Positions 48,244 through 57,223 of a stretch of DNA of 64,000 bases are shown here, in pieces. This DNA comes from a virus (lineage: Duplodnaviria; Caudoviricetes): the IMG/VR virus record IMGVR_UViG_3300033072_000232, positions 1 to 64,000 of that record, one strand, 5' to 3'. Numbering within the stretch: position 1 is the first letter of the stretch; each line of letters begins with the position of its first letter. The translations under genes and the position numbers were made by a program. The notes below the pieces were generated by a model. The model made no database searches. It was not told the DNA's origin and saw only the letters and a list, made by a program, of their open reading frames with translations.

Positions 48244-48453
48244 TTACTCCTTCTTAAATTGACTCCATGCTACACATACTTTTCGCTCTACGTTTACAGT
48301 CCTATGCAACGAATGAATATACTCAGGTCGTACTTTAGTTTCATACAACATACAATATCTAGCTGGTATAACACTATACATTATCCATGTCAGTAAGAAT
48401 ATCCAAGTAATTGGAATGATGAATACTAAAGCAGCAGCATGAATGTCTTTCAT
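48244..48453 (-). CDS. Small membrane protein
   Basis: N-terminal TM AAALVFIIPITWIFLLTWIMYSVI. Confidence 0.6.
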   Translation of the reverse strand: MKDIHAAALVFIIPITWIFLLTWIMYSVIPARYCMLYETKVRPEYIHSLHRTVNVERKVCVAWSQFKKE

Positions 48454-48794
48454 TCTCTGTTACTCCAATCAGCTACTACAAACTTCAGATCAAGCACAAT
48501 ATAGCCATCATCACAACGATAACCTTGTACGTGAAATCCTCCCGTAGCTGTGTAGTAGTCTTTATGCTCAGAACATAGCAGTTTATTCTTTGCATCTTCA
48601 AGCAAGTACTGTGCTTTCAGTACTAACTCGCCAAATGAAGGAACCTTGGTTTCTGTAGTAGAGCTATACCAAGTCCATTCTAGGAATTGCATTACCTTAG
48701 CTACTTTCTCAAAATCAAAGCAAGAAATGATTGTGTTAATCTGTGCATTCAAATCTTGGTTTGTGATGCAATAATGAATTTGTTCTTTGTTCAT
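48450..48794 (-). CDS. Conserved phage hypothetical protein
   Basis: FDFEKVAKVMQFLEWTW...ATGGF. Confidence 0.7.
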   Translation of the reverse strand: MNKEQIHYCITNQDLNAQINTIISCFDFEKVAKVMQFLEWTWYSSTTETKVPSFGELVLKAQYLLEDAKNKLLCSEHKDYYTATGGFHVQGYRCDDGYIVLDLKFVVADWSNRE

Positions 48795-48799
48795 ATAAG

Positions 48800-49342
48800 T
48801 TACTCCTTAATTTCAGTTACATCTGGGTTCAGATCGAATTCTAGCATAAACATCAGATTTACAGCTGCTGCTGCTAGATGTGAATACCCATTCTCAGGGT
48901 CTACCTTCTCACCTTTACGATAAGCCTCCACGTGCCTAAAGCAAGCATCTAGATAGCGATCCCTAGCGTTAGGTACTTTCTTCCAATTGAATTCAGAATA
49001 TTTTCTTGCACCGTATGTAAGGTTTTTAGCTACTTCTTCTAGTGCATAAGGAGGAATCAGTCGGTATTGAGGTTTGTCTGAATCATATTTACGTCCTACG
49101 TTTGCATCTACTGGTTCAGTTACTGTTGTTTGCGAATTTCCAACGTAACGAAACATACAGTGTTCTTCATCTTCAAATTCATGGTCATACCAAGGAACAT
49201 CTCCATACTCATCATACCTCATGATAACGCAATCATCTTCCTTGACTTCAACCACAGTGCAAGTTTCATCATCGTGATCTACATATACATTACCAACAAC
49301 CAAAGGATTACCATCAGTATCTACAAATAGTTTGTTTTGCAT
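48800..49342 (-). CDS. dATP/dGTP diphosphohydrolase-domain protein (DUF5664-like)
   Basis: GRKYDSDKP..LIPP.ALEEVAK.LTYGARKY...NW...RH...DPE.G..HLA.AA.N; likely start ATG 49342. Confidence 0.8.
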   Translation of the reverse strand: MQNKLFVDTDGNPLVVGNVYVDHDDETCTVVEVKEDDCVIMRYDEYGDVPWYDHEFEDEEHCMFRYVGNSQTTVTEPVDANVGRKYDSDKPQYRLIPPYALEEVAKNLTYGARKYSEFNWKKVPNARDRYLDACFRHVEAYRKGEKVDPENGYSHLAAAAVNLMFMLEFDLNPDVTEIKE

Positions 49343-49352
49343 TATGTTCTCC

Positions 49353-49841
49353 TTAAATATTGGTTTGTTTGTCTGTACTACCAAATCCATTACTTCCGCG
49401 AAGTGTAGCATGAATTTCATTTACGAACTCAAACTTTACTTGTGGAGCATCAATTAACATGCACTGAGCAATCTTTGTGGTATTAGTTACTTTGTAGTAA
49501 TCGTCTGTCAAGTCAACATCTTTGTTCTTCCTTAGCTTAACCATTAGTTCACCAGTATAATCACTGTCAATAATACCAGTACCGTTACTAAGTACTACTT
49601 CTGAATTAAACCCTTGACCACTGCGTGAATATACCATCAAACATTTACCTTTTGGAATTTCAAAGAAAAGACCTGTTCCAAAAATACAAGAATCACTCTC
49701 ACATATGATACATGAAAAATCACGTTCATTATTATAAGAGTAAGCGTATACATCAAAGCAAGCTGCTCCTTCTGTTGAGTACACTGGTGCTTTAACATCA
49801 TCCGCTTTTAGTTTAACTTTCAATACATTCTGCATCTTCAT
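49353..49841 (-). CDS. dut: Trimeric dUTPase
   Basis: AACFDV, SRSG, GIIDSDYTGE, KIAQ, RGSNGFGST. Confidence 0.92.
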   Translation of the reverse strand: MKMQNVLKVKLKADDVKAPVYSTEGAACFDVYAYSYNNERDFSCIICESDSCIFGTGLFFEIPKGKCLMVYSRSGQGFNSEVVLSNGTGIIDSDYTGELMVKLRKNKDVDLTDDYYKVTNTTKIAQCMLIDAPQVKFEFVNEIHATLRGSNGFGSTDKQTNI

Positions 49842-50019
49842 TCCTTTCGTTAATAATCTCTACATCTTTCTTCTTGATAATATTCAGGCAATTAAACCAG
49901 CTATTACTTTCCCTTGCCCAATAAGCATCTTTTGTTTCTCTTTCGATGCTTATCGTCTGACCAACAAGTGAATTATACCAAAGCATTGAGTCACTACATT
50001 GTATGATTTTAGCTAGCAT
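49813..50019 (-). CDS. Hypothetical protein
   Basis: 68 aa, AGGAG SD. Confidence 0.6.
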   Translation of the reverse strand: MLAKIIQCSDSMLWYNSLVGQTISIERETKDAYWARESNSWFNCLNIIKKKDVEIINERNEDAECIES

Positions 50020-50083
50020 CTTACTCCTATAAACAATAAAATCCTACCGTGACATAAGCCAGCAGTAGGATTGTATCACAGAT

Positions 50084-51115
50084 TTACCTTACCCACTCCT
50101 GCCAGCTTCCGTAACGTCCTATCCACCGCCCGTTGTGGTCAAGTACCATTGGTTCAAGTACAGGCAGTGAATTGATAATCAATCCTGTACCGACTACTGG
50201 ACGTTTTAGGTTGCAGTTATTATAACTGAAAGCAAGTGACTTATTATCAATCAAGCAACCTATTTGTAGTCCCCAATAGAGATTCGTAGGGTTACCCCAA
50301 TACTGACTCTTCATGGTTTCATGATAGTGTCCTTGTACAGCATTCATTCCCATTGTCTGTGATAGCTTAACTACATCTTGGGATTTACCATGGTGTAAAT
50401 AACAATCTTGACCATTGGGTAGCTTGATAGTCAAATCAAAGTGCCACTCCCATTTATCACTAACGCCCAGAACTTCATTATATGTCTTGATGTAATGCTT
50501 AGGAATACCACTGCTCTTTGCCTTGCGCCAGATCAAACTACCATGATTGCTTTCAAGAATATCTAATTCTGGAAATAGTTCTTCTAGTTGCTTGATGTAT
50601 TTCAAGGACTCACTCAGTTCATGTCCTGCTGAATGTAAATCAGGGTCAGAATCATGAAAGCTAAGTGAATGCTTATCCAATTCATCACCTAAACAAATTA
50701 CACGTGTAGGTTTGTATTTATCTTTTAGATACTCAAGGAATTCAAAGGTATCTAGATGATGATACGGAATATGCATATCACTGATAAGCAGGATACACTC
50801 ATTGTTAAATTCTTTAGGTTTAACCAAAGCCTTAGCTAAGTGTTCTTTGCCGAATTCATCTACAGCTTTATCGAAAGATTCATCTAGAATTTTAACAACG
50901 TCCTCCGGTACATATTTAAAAGCTACATCATAAGGGTCATACTCAGTTCCGTATTTCTCTAGATTGAATTTCTTAGTTTGTTGTTCAATTAAATATTCAT
51001 TATACATCTTATTCACATAAGACTTGCTGCGGTTAATCTGCTGCGCAATCCATCGGCTACCATATCCTTGTTCTTTGTATTCAATGATATAAGCAATTTC
51101 TGTTAATTTATTCAT
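50084..51115 (-). CDS. Metallophosphoesterase with N-terminal HTH
   Basis: ISDMHIP, GDELD, SNH, HHG, QGHYH. Confidence 0.85.
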   Translation of the reverse strand: MNKLTEIAYIIEYKEQGYGSRWIAQQINRSKSYVNKMYNEYLIEQQTKKFNLEKYGTEYDPYDVAFKYVPEDVVKILDESFDKAVDEFGKEHLAKALVKPKEFNNECILLISDMHIPYHHLDTFEFLEYLKDKYKPTRVICLGDELDKHSLSFHDSDPDLHSAGHELSESLKYIKQLEELFPELDILESNHGSLIWRKAKSSGIPKHYIKTYNEVLGVSDKWEWHFDLTIKLPNGQDCYLHHGKSQDVVKLSQTMGMNAVQGHYHETMKSQYWGNPTNLYWGLQIGCLIDNKSLAFSYNNCNLKRPVVGTGLIINSLPVLEPMVLDHNGRWIGRYGSWQEWVR

Positions 51116-51166
51116 GCGTAAATCCTTTGTGATTTTCTTTCATATATTCCTTTCGTTAATATCAAA

Positions 51167-51478
51167 TCAATTAGTAATGATACAATTAGCTTCTACCGTT
51201 TCACCATTCCAACCCGATTCTTCTACTTGTTCATAGAACATCTTAATTAGCATATTCTGACTACCTGACAGTGCACCTTCAAAACTAGGTTCAATAATAG
51301 CAATGCGTTTATCAATCATGTATCCTTGAGCAAGTAGGAACTTACGGAAACATTCTAACTGATACATCCAAGTATTATCTTCAGATTGGTTTAAGGTATG
51401 AGTAATAGTACCTTCTTCAGTTTCTGATGTAAATGTGATTTTATTCTTAGCGTAAATCATTTCATGATTTTCTTTCAT
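51167..51478 (-). CDS. Hypothetical protein
   Basis: 103 aa; FRKFLLAQGY. Confidence 0.65.
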   Translation of the reverse strand: MKENHEMIYAKNKITFTSETEEGTITHTLNQSEDNTWMYQLECFRKFLLAQGYMIDKRIAIIEPSFEGALSGSQNMLIKMFYEQVEESGWNGETVEANCIITN

Positions 51479-51487
51479 AACTTCCTT

Positions 51488-51997
51488 TCAATGTTTTTTC
51501 AGCACAGTAGAAATTGCATTATAGCCTAAATCCCTATTGAGCACAGCCTCTGCAAAGATTTCTTTTCGTTGCTTAGGGTTGATACCTTTGGAATAGCCTA
51601 AAGCTTCTAGTACAGCGTTCTGTTGCCCTGCTGTTAGCTTGTTGAACAATACCTTCAGCTTCTTGATCCAACCGGGATGCCTCCACCTAGTATCTACAGG
51701 CTTGTCCAGATAATCAGCAGCTTGACGTAGGAACGTCTGTAAGTCATGTGGATACCAATGTGCAAGGTAACGATTCCATAGACCTTCCACCTTACCTAAC
51801 GTCAAGTTAGCATGTCTGTGTAAAGCACCACGTACAAGTTGTAGGTCATCGTGAGCATGATCACAGTGAGTATCAGATAGGTTAACCTTGAGCTTACTCA
51901 GTGCACACAATCCTTGCTGTTCTTTCAGAAGCAAAGCACGTACCTTAGCCACATCTGCTGCTGTGAATAAGTCCTGTGTATCTTTGCTTACTTGCAT
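51488..51997 (-). CDS. Recombination endonuclease VII-like (Holliday junction resolvase)
   Basis: QQGLCALS...CDHAH...VRGALHRHAN..LG.VE. Confidence 0.8.
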   Translation of the reverse strand: MQVSKDTQDLFTAADVAKVRALLLKEQQGLCALSKLKVNLSDTHCDHAHDDLQLVRGALHRHANLTLGKVEGLWNRYLAHWYPHDLQTFLRQAADYLDKPVDTRWRHPGWIKKLKVLFNKLTAGQQNAVLEALGYSKGINPKQRKEIFAEAVLNRDLGYNAISTVLKKH

Positions 51998-52335
51998 AAC
52001 AAAGAATCCAAATCCCGGTAATCTTCTAGCTTTCTACTTACTTCTGCAAGTTGTTTCCGTAGAGTAGCTACTTCTTCAGCTAGTGAATTATTCTTCTTAG
52101 CTAATTTCTTATAACCTCCTACTGGTGCAAGACGCTCAACTCTTTGAGCTTCGCTTTCTTGCCACACGCCGAAACATTCAGCTTTCCATCGTAGGGTTTC
52201 ATTTTGTTGATGCATCAGTTCATCGGCTGCTTCTGATAGCAAATAACGAATTTCATCTAAGTCAGTAGCAAATACTGAGTTACGTTCTTGAGATTTACTG
52301 ATTAGTCTTTGTACTAAGTTATCTTTTTGAATCAT
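51988..52335 (-). CDS. Hypothetical coiled-coil protein
   Basis: 115 aa ORF in operon. Confidence 0.6.
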   Translation of the reverse strand: MIQKDNLVQRLISKSQERNSVFATDLDEIRYLLSEAADELMHQQNETLRWKAECFGVWQESEAQRVERLAPVGGYKKLAKKNNSLAEEVATLRKQLAEVSRKLEDYRDLDSLLCK

Positions 52336-53306
52336 AGGTCTACTCCATATTTATTACAAAACTTAACGAAATCTAGATCATCAAACTCATCTGTTTTCAT
52401 TCTGCATGCCTTAAAGTACATATCTGCAATCTGAATATAATCAGCAGTATGCTCTACACCGTTCCAAGCAGTATAAGTAACAGGCTTTGGATACCATTGC
52501 TTGTACTGCTGAATTACTTTACTCAGTGCTTCTTGCTCTGACTTGCATTCATGCAGTAATTTATAAGCTGATTTCTCACCATACTTGATGCCAGCTAATT
52601 CAGCAGGATTAAACGAGTCAGTTTTATCACCGAGAATATGCTGTAAAGCATACCACAAGAATCCATTACCGCGTACTTTGTTTTTATCATCAATCCATAA
52701 AGAGCCTAGCTGTGGAATCTCTACTATTCCTTGTTCCGGTTTATCTTGATTATAGATTTGTAGTCCAGAATAAGCTAAGGAATCCTTGTCAATCGTCATG
52801 ATGATAGGTTCATAACCTCTGTTCTTCAGATCATAAGCAGTATAGATAATAGCATCATCTGGCTCTTCTCCATTACAAACTACTGCTTTATATTTGGCCG
52901 CAGCGAACTTCTTTACGTCAGATAATAATAAAGGACGTAATGTAGTAGCTCTACTAGATTTATACTTAGTAGGGAATGGCAGATTATCCCTGAAGTTATC
53001 TTTACCAGAAATAAAGTAAATTACTTCTTCTACTTCTAAAGTTTCAATATATCTAGCTAGCATTGATTTCAAAGTATGACAAGCATTTTCAATAGGTTCT
53101 GGTTCCTGAACATCTTTGAAAGAATATTCTGTTATCTTATCTTCTTTTTGTTTAGCTTTCAGTACTTCTTTGAATTCAGTTCTAGTCTTGAATGATTTCT
53201 GGATGCCTGTGAGTTCGTGTGTAACTAATACAGAACGATCCTCTGATACAGCAGCAGCAGCAAAGCATGGTGTATCTAAATCAATGATTAGTATTTTCTT
53301 TGTCAT
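52332..53306 (-). CDS. 5'-3' exonuclease (FEN/T7 gp6-like)
   Basis: IIDLD, NFR, KYKSSR, EEPDD, IDKD, LGDKTD. Confidence 0.88.
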   Translation of the reverse strand: MTKKILIIDLDTPCFAAAAVSEDRSVLVTHELTGIQKSFKTRTEFKEVLKAKQKEDKITEYSFKDVQEPEPIENACHTLKSMLARYIETLEVEEVIYFISGKDNFRDNLPFPTKYKSSRATTLRPLLLSDVKKFAAAKYKAVVCNGEEPDDAIIYTAYDLKNRGYEPIIMTIDKDSLAYSGLQIYNQDKPEQGIVEIPQLGSLWIDDKNKVRGNGFLWYALQHILGDKTDSFNPAELAGIKYGEKSAYKLLHECKSEQEALSKVIQQYKQWYPKPVTYTAWNGVEHTADYIQIADMYFKACRMKTDEFDDLDFVKFCNKYGVDL

Positions 53307-53327
53307 AGTACCTTTCTTTATCAGTAA

Positions 53328-53813
53328 TTATACAATTACTTTCCTATTCATTTCTTCTACATATTCCAACAACACCTTAGACTGATAGTAATTCAAATCT
53401 ACACCAGCAGCAATAGCACGTTGTTTTAATGCAAGAACTTTATCATTTTGTTTGCATGTTTCATATGATTTTAAGACTTGATAATTGTAATGAGCATCTG
53501 TTTCTTTACTAAGGCGCATCACAGTAGCAGCATATCCGTCACGCTCACCATCATAATCAGTCTCTGCTTCTATTCTAATCCAATCAGTATCCTTACATCC
53601 TTCTAATAGCATTTCTATAGTTACTTTATTAAAGTGCTCTGGTTTATAGTATCTGAACTGCATATAATCCTGATTGTTATCACTCAATAGAGGCTCGGAT
53701 ATAGTTTGTCGTCTAGGTGCTGAATAACCTTGCTTGCGAATTTCACGAAGCATCTTAGATATGTTATTCCGTATATCGCTGTCAGTCATAAGTACTCCTT
53801 TCTCTACATACAA
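53328..53813 (-). CDS. Hypothetical protein (likely start MTDSD)
   Basis: 161 aa ORF. Confidence 0.65.
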   Translation of the reverse strand: MYVEKGVLMTDSDIRNNISKMLREIRKQGYSAPRRQTISEPLLSDNNQDYMQFRYYKPEHFNKVTIEMLLEGCKDTDWIRIEAETDYDGERDGYAATVMRLSKETDAHYNYQVLKSYETCKQNDKVLALKQRAIAAGVDLNYYQSKVLLEYVEEMNRKVIV

Positions 53814-53858
53814 GAAAACCCACCAGAATTAACCAGTGGGTTACTGCTTAGATATTAC

Positions 53859-54074
53859 TTACGTCACTTCTTTAATGAAGTCCAAAAGCTCGGAAGTTTT
53901 ATCTTCCAAATCCTTCAATGCATCTTTAGCTTTCGCCTTAGCAACCTTAGCTAGTAAGCTATGATCCAGTCCAGCATCTTTAGCTTCAGTTAGAATCTGT
54001 TTAGCATCTAGAAGCAGAGTCTCGATCTCTGAATAGATTGGGATTAGTTTTTGTAGAACGTCTTGGTTTTGCAT
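53859..54074 (-). CDS. Small DNA-binding protein, GapR/T4 DsbA-like
   Basis: EIETLLLDAKQILTEAKDAGLD..LLAKVAK resembles the DUF2312 pattern. Confidence 0.5.
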   Translation of the reverse strand: MQNQDVLQKLIPIYSEIETLLLDAKQILTEAKDAGLDHSLLAKVAKAKAKDALKDLEDKTSELLDFIKEVT

Positions 54075-54083
54075 ATTATTCCT

Positions 54084-54209
54084 TTAGTAATTTTGTGAAG
54101 AGGCAACGCGCTGGTACGCAGCAGATAGTGCATCAATTAGTGACACATCATTAACTTGAATAGCAGCAATTAGTGCTGTTGTTAATGTATTTAGCAGTTG
54201 TTCTTTCAT
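54084..54209 (-). CDS. 41-aa hypothetical protein (not in ORF track)
   Basis: MKEQLLNTLTTALIAAIQVNDVSLIDALSAAYQRVASSQNY. Confidence 0.55.
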   Translation of the reverse strand: MKEQLLNTLTTALIAAIQVNDVSLIDALSAAYQRVASSQNY

Positions 54210-54217
54210 AATGCTCT

Positions 54218-54451
54218 TTAGTTTAGTTTCTTTGAAATACCTGCTAGCTTAGCAATGATGCCACCGAAGCTAACCATCTGAATCCAGATCATTGCAAGCC
54301 ATGTCCAGAATGTATAAGCAATCTGTAGATTGAATAGAAGGTTCAATGAAGCGATTGTAATGAGTGGCCCTACACCGATTAGAATAATAAATAGTAGGAG
54401 TAAGCCTAGAATACCTGTAATACCCATAATGTCGCGTGTTGATTTATTCAT
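54218..54451 (-). CDS. Small membrane protein
   Basis: Almost entirely hydrophobic. Confidence 0.7.
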   Translation of the reverse strand: MNKSTRDIMGITGILGLLLLFIILIGVGPLITIASLNLLFNLQIAYTFWTWLAMIWIQMVSFGGIIAKLAGISKKLN

Positions 54452-54459
54452 ATGTTCCT

Positions 54460-54594
54460 TTATGTAAATGTTAATTTTAATTGTTGATATGCTTTTGCTA
54501 AAGCATCTATTTCTTTGTAGTCATGACAAGAAATACAAACTGATATTTTATCAAGAAGTTCAGTTAATAGTTTATCTTGATATTCTTTAATCAT
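54460..54594 (-). CDS. 44-aa hypothetical protein, paralogue of 54084-54209
   Basis: MIKEYQDKLLTELLDKISVCISCHDYKEIDALAKAYQQLKLTFT. Confidence 0.55.
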   Translation of the reverse strand: MIKEYQDKLLTELLDKISVCISCHDYKEIDALAKAYQQLKLTFT

Positions 54595-54728
54595 AGTACT
54601 CACAATAGTTCCTTTACTGATTATTGGCCGATAGAGCGATTATTCTTGTTTTCTATACAAAGGTATTTGCTCTAAGAATAAATCGCTGTATGGCTTGTTT
54701 TAGATGCCTTTGTGAGGCTTATATTACA

Positions 54729-55340
54729 TCAGAATGGATCAGATGAGTCCGAGCCATCTACAGGAGGTTTAACCTTAGCTTTAGCTTTCTCTACTGCTTT
54801 AGCTGGTACTTTCACAGGAGTACTTGAGCCGTCATCTGCGTCAAACTCGGAACCTGATTCGTAGTTACTACCTTTACCGCCTTCGTATTCAATCAAGTCA
54901 GTAACTAGTACATTCTTTAGTCGAGCTACGTTGCCCATCTTACCTTCATAGTGATCAATACTGATTTCACCTTTACTACCATTTGAAGGTAGGATTGTAG
55001 TCGTAATATCTACCAGTACACCTCCTTTACGTTGGAATACTCGTGGGCGGTATTTGTCTGGAAGGTCGGCACCATTGGCTAGCTTTGTATTTTTACGTAA
55101 AGTAATCACCCATACATTCTTACCAGCGCCTTCAGGAACTGGGCATTTGTAAGTTTCTTCAAAGTCTGCTGCTTTTACTTTCTTAGCAGATTGCTTTGGG
55201 TATAGGTCATTGAATTCATCAACAATATCTTCGTCTGTGATAACAATCCCAGATTTATATTCTTGACCTTTTGATTCCTCGTAGCAATTGCGAGGCTTAT
55301 CAAGCATTACATATACAAGAGTACCGATTAGTGATTTCAT
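54729..55340 (-). CDS. Single-stranded DNA-binding protein (T7 gp2.5-like)
   Basis: NGSKG..ARLKNVLVTDLIEYEG, acidic tail ending DPF. Confidence 0.75.
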   Translation of the reverse strand: MKSLIGTLVYVMLDKPRNCYEESKGQEYKSGIVITDEDIVDEFNDLYPKQSAKKVKAADFEETYKCPVPEGAGKNVWVITLRKNTKLANGADLPDKYRPRVFQRKGGVLVDITTTILPSNGSKGEISIDHYEGKMGNVARLKNVLVTDLIEYEGGKGSNYESGSEFDADDGSSTPVKVPAKAVEKAKAKVKPPVDGSDSSDPF

Positions 55341-55547
55341 TTAAATTTCCTTTCATGTAGCGATTTACTATCGCTTGGTTAATAAATGATGATTTTAGAA
55401 GGTTCATCAACCTTAGATTATTAAATACTATCATTGATATGACCTATTCCTTGCAAGGAGAATGCTTATTTATTCGTGATGGCTGCAAACCTATCCGTTT
55501 ATAACTAAGACTAACATCAACAAGTCATATCAATGATGGCCCGCCGA

Positions 55548-55635
55548 TGGACAGTCCCGGAGGTATCGAACCCCTCGTCATCCATCTTCTTGTTTTACGA
55601 CAACGCCTTAGAACGACGTTAGAAGAACGGGACTG
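55548..55635 (-). ncRNA. Atypical tRNA-like RNA (UCU anticodon loop, no canonical D arm)
   Basis: CAGTCCC/GGGACTG + T + CCA; T loop GGTTCGATACC; ACGTC-GTTCTAA-GGCGT arm. Confidence 0.65.
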
Positions 55636-55641
55636 TAATCT

Positions 55642-55716
55642 TGGTGCAAATGAGTGGACTCGAACCACTACTGTCTGAATTATGAGTTCAGGGCTTCTCC
55701 TTTAAGCTACATTTGC
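55642..55716 (-). tRNA. tRNA with CAU anticodon (Met or Ile2)
   Basis: GCAAATG/CATTTGC, GCTT/AAGC D stem, CTGAA-CTCATAA-TTCAG, GGTTCGAGTCC, CCA. Confidence 0.9.
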
Positions 55717-56000
55717 AATATCTGAATTATATCACAGATTACAAACTCCTGAAATATTTCTTTTGCTTTTCATCAGAGTAATCATTCCAGCTACCTTCAG
55801 TCCAAGAACCAAAGGTAGCTTTAGAAATCCTGATTACGTGCTTACATCCTTCACCAGAAGGTGGAAGTCTGTTCTGGTAGAACCTTCATTGTACCAGAAT
55901 AATACTCTTGGTTAAAACAACAAAGACTATTAGCTAGAAAACGCTCATATTCAGCTTCATAGAACCACCAAGGAAGTACGTTATTGATTGACATTTTAAA

Positions 56001-56381
56001 TTATTCGTAAATGGTCACTAGTTTTTCTTTGGGCTCTACAAAGAACCACTTGCTGAATTCACTTCCACTATAACTTTGATACCAACCATCAAATTTAACG
56101 TAGCATTTCTCGTTGGTTTGATTGCCAGTAAATTCGTAGACTGACCAATAATCTTCACCTTCATCTTCAGCATCATGAGAATCTACGTTCTTAAATGAAA
56201 TCTGTTCTTGCATAAAGCAGATTTTAGCTTGGGTAGTTTCTTCGTCATCATATTTACTGAATTCATCTTCCATTTCAGACTGAAAGAATCCACCAGAAAT
56301 TACTTCTGATTCTACTTCACCTAGTAAGCGTTTTACTTTAGCTTGGAAATCTGATTTAGTATTTTGACCTTGCTTTGACAT
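56001..56381 (-). CDS. Hypothetical acidic protein
   Basis: 126 aa; GWYQSYSGS. Confidence 0.7.
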   Translation of the reverse strand: MSKQGQNTKSDFQAKVKRLLGEVESEVISGGFFQSEMEDEFSKYDDEETTQAKICFMQEQISFKNVDSHDAEDEGEDYWSVYEFTGNQTNEKCYVKFDGWYQSYSGSEFSKWFFVEPKEKLVTIYE

Positions 56382-56410
56382 ATTTACTCCTTAATTAACT
56401 ATTCAACTAC

Positions 56411-57223
56411 TTAACATTCTAGAATAGATTTTACTCTAGAAAACTTATCTGGATTATACAAAGAAAGAACTTCAGGGTAATTATCTATAGCAAAACTACG
56501 GAACCATCCTGAGCACAATGTAGTACATACTTTCTTCAGTGCTTTCATATAAGCCAGCTTTGAATTATACTCCCAGTTCTTTGGTACTAAGAACCTTTCA
56601 GTAGCAATCACCATAGTTTCTTCAGCTACGCATTGTAGTTTCTGAGTATAGCTTAGTTCATTCCATAAGTACTCATGGCACCATGCTTTTGTAGGATCAG
56701 TCTGTAGCTTAGTATACAAAGGTTTAACTTCGTAAGCAAATAACTCATGTAAGTAATCGTGATTATATTTCTTAGTCACAGCATCGTCAAAGAAATCTTC
56801 ATTTAATTGATTCAAATTAGGTTTTACTTGAGGATATTGTTCAAGGGTTAGATTGATACGTTCTTCAAGAAACTCCTTTTCTTCTTTCATCAAGAATTCA
56901 GGTTTTGGTAAATACTTATGAAACATTGTAATGTGCTTATCCCAACCTAGTTCACGATGTAGATGCGAACGCTTGATAATATACAGAACAGCAGGTGTAG
57001 CTACATGCAGCAAATATCCGTTGAATTCAATTGGTTTATACCAGAAGTGAACCAATGATTCTACTTTTGCGTTATTGAGTACAGCAGGTGAATGCCACTC
57101 AGTTCCTTCAATGGGTTGTTCACTGATTACATCCCAATCTGTATCATCGTTGATTGGAACGTGAGGATACCAATAGTTTAATGCCCTACTACCGATTAGG
57201 ATGTTCCTCATATTACTCTCCAA
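56411..57223 (-). CDS. Nucleotidyltransferase-like phage protein
   Basis: ILIGSRAL...DTDWDVI resembles the Pol-beta superfamily GS...DxD signature. Confidence 0.5.
   Translation of the reverse strand: MESNMRNILIGSRALNYWYPHVPINDDTDWDVISEQPIEGTEWHSPAVLNNAKVESLVHFWYKPIEFNGYLLHVATPAVLYIIKRSHLHRELGWDKHITMFHKYLPKPEFLMKEEKEFLEERINLTLEQYPQVKPNLNQLNEDFFDDAVTKKYNHDYLHELFAYEVKPLYTKLQTDPTKAWCHEYLWNELSYTQKLQCVAEETMVIATERFLVPKNWEYNSKLAYMKALKKVCTTLCSGWFRSFAIDNYPEVLSLYNPDKFSRVKSILEC

Noticed and set aside
55536-55547. CGGCGGGCCA on the minus strand as the 3' end of a third tRNA
   Set aside because: No T arm or matching 5' strand
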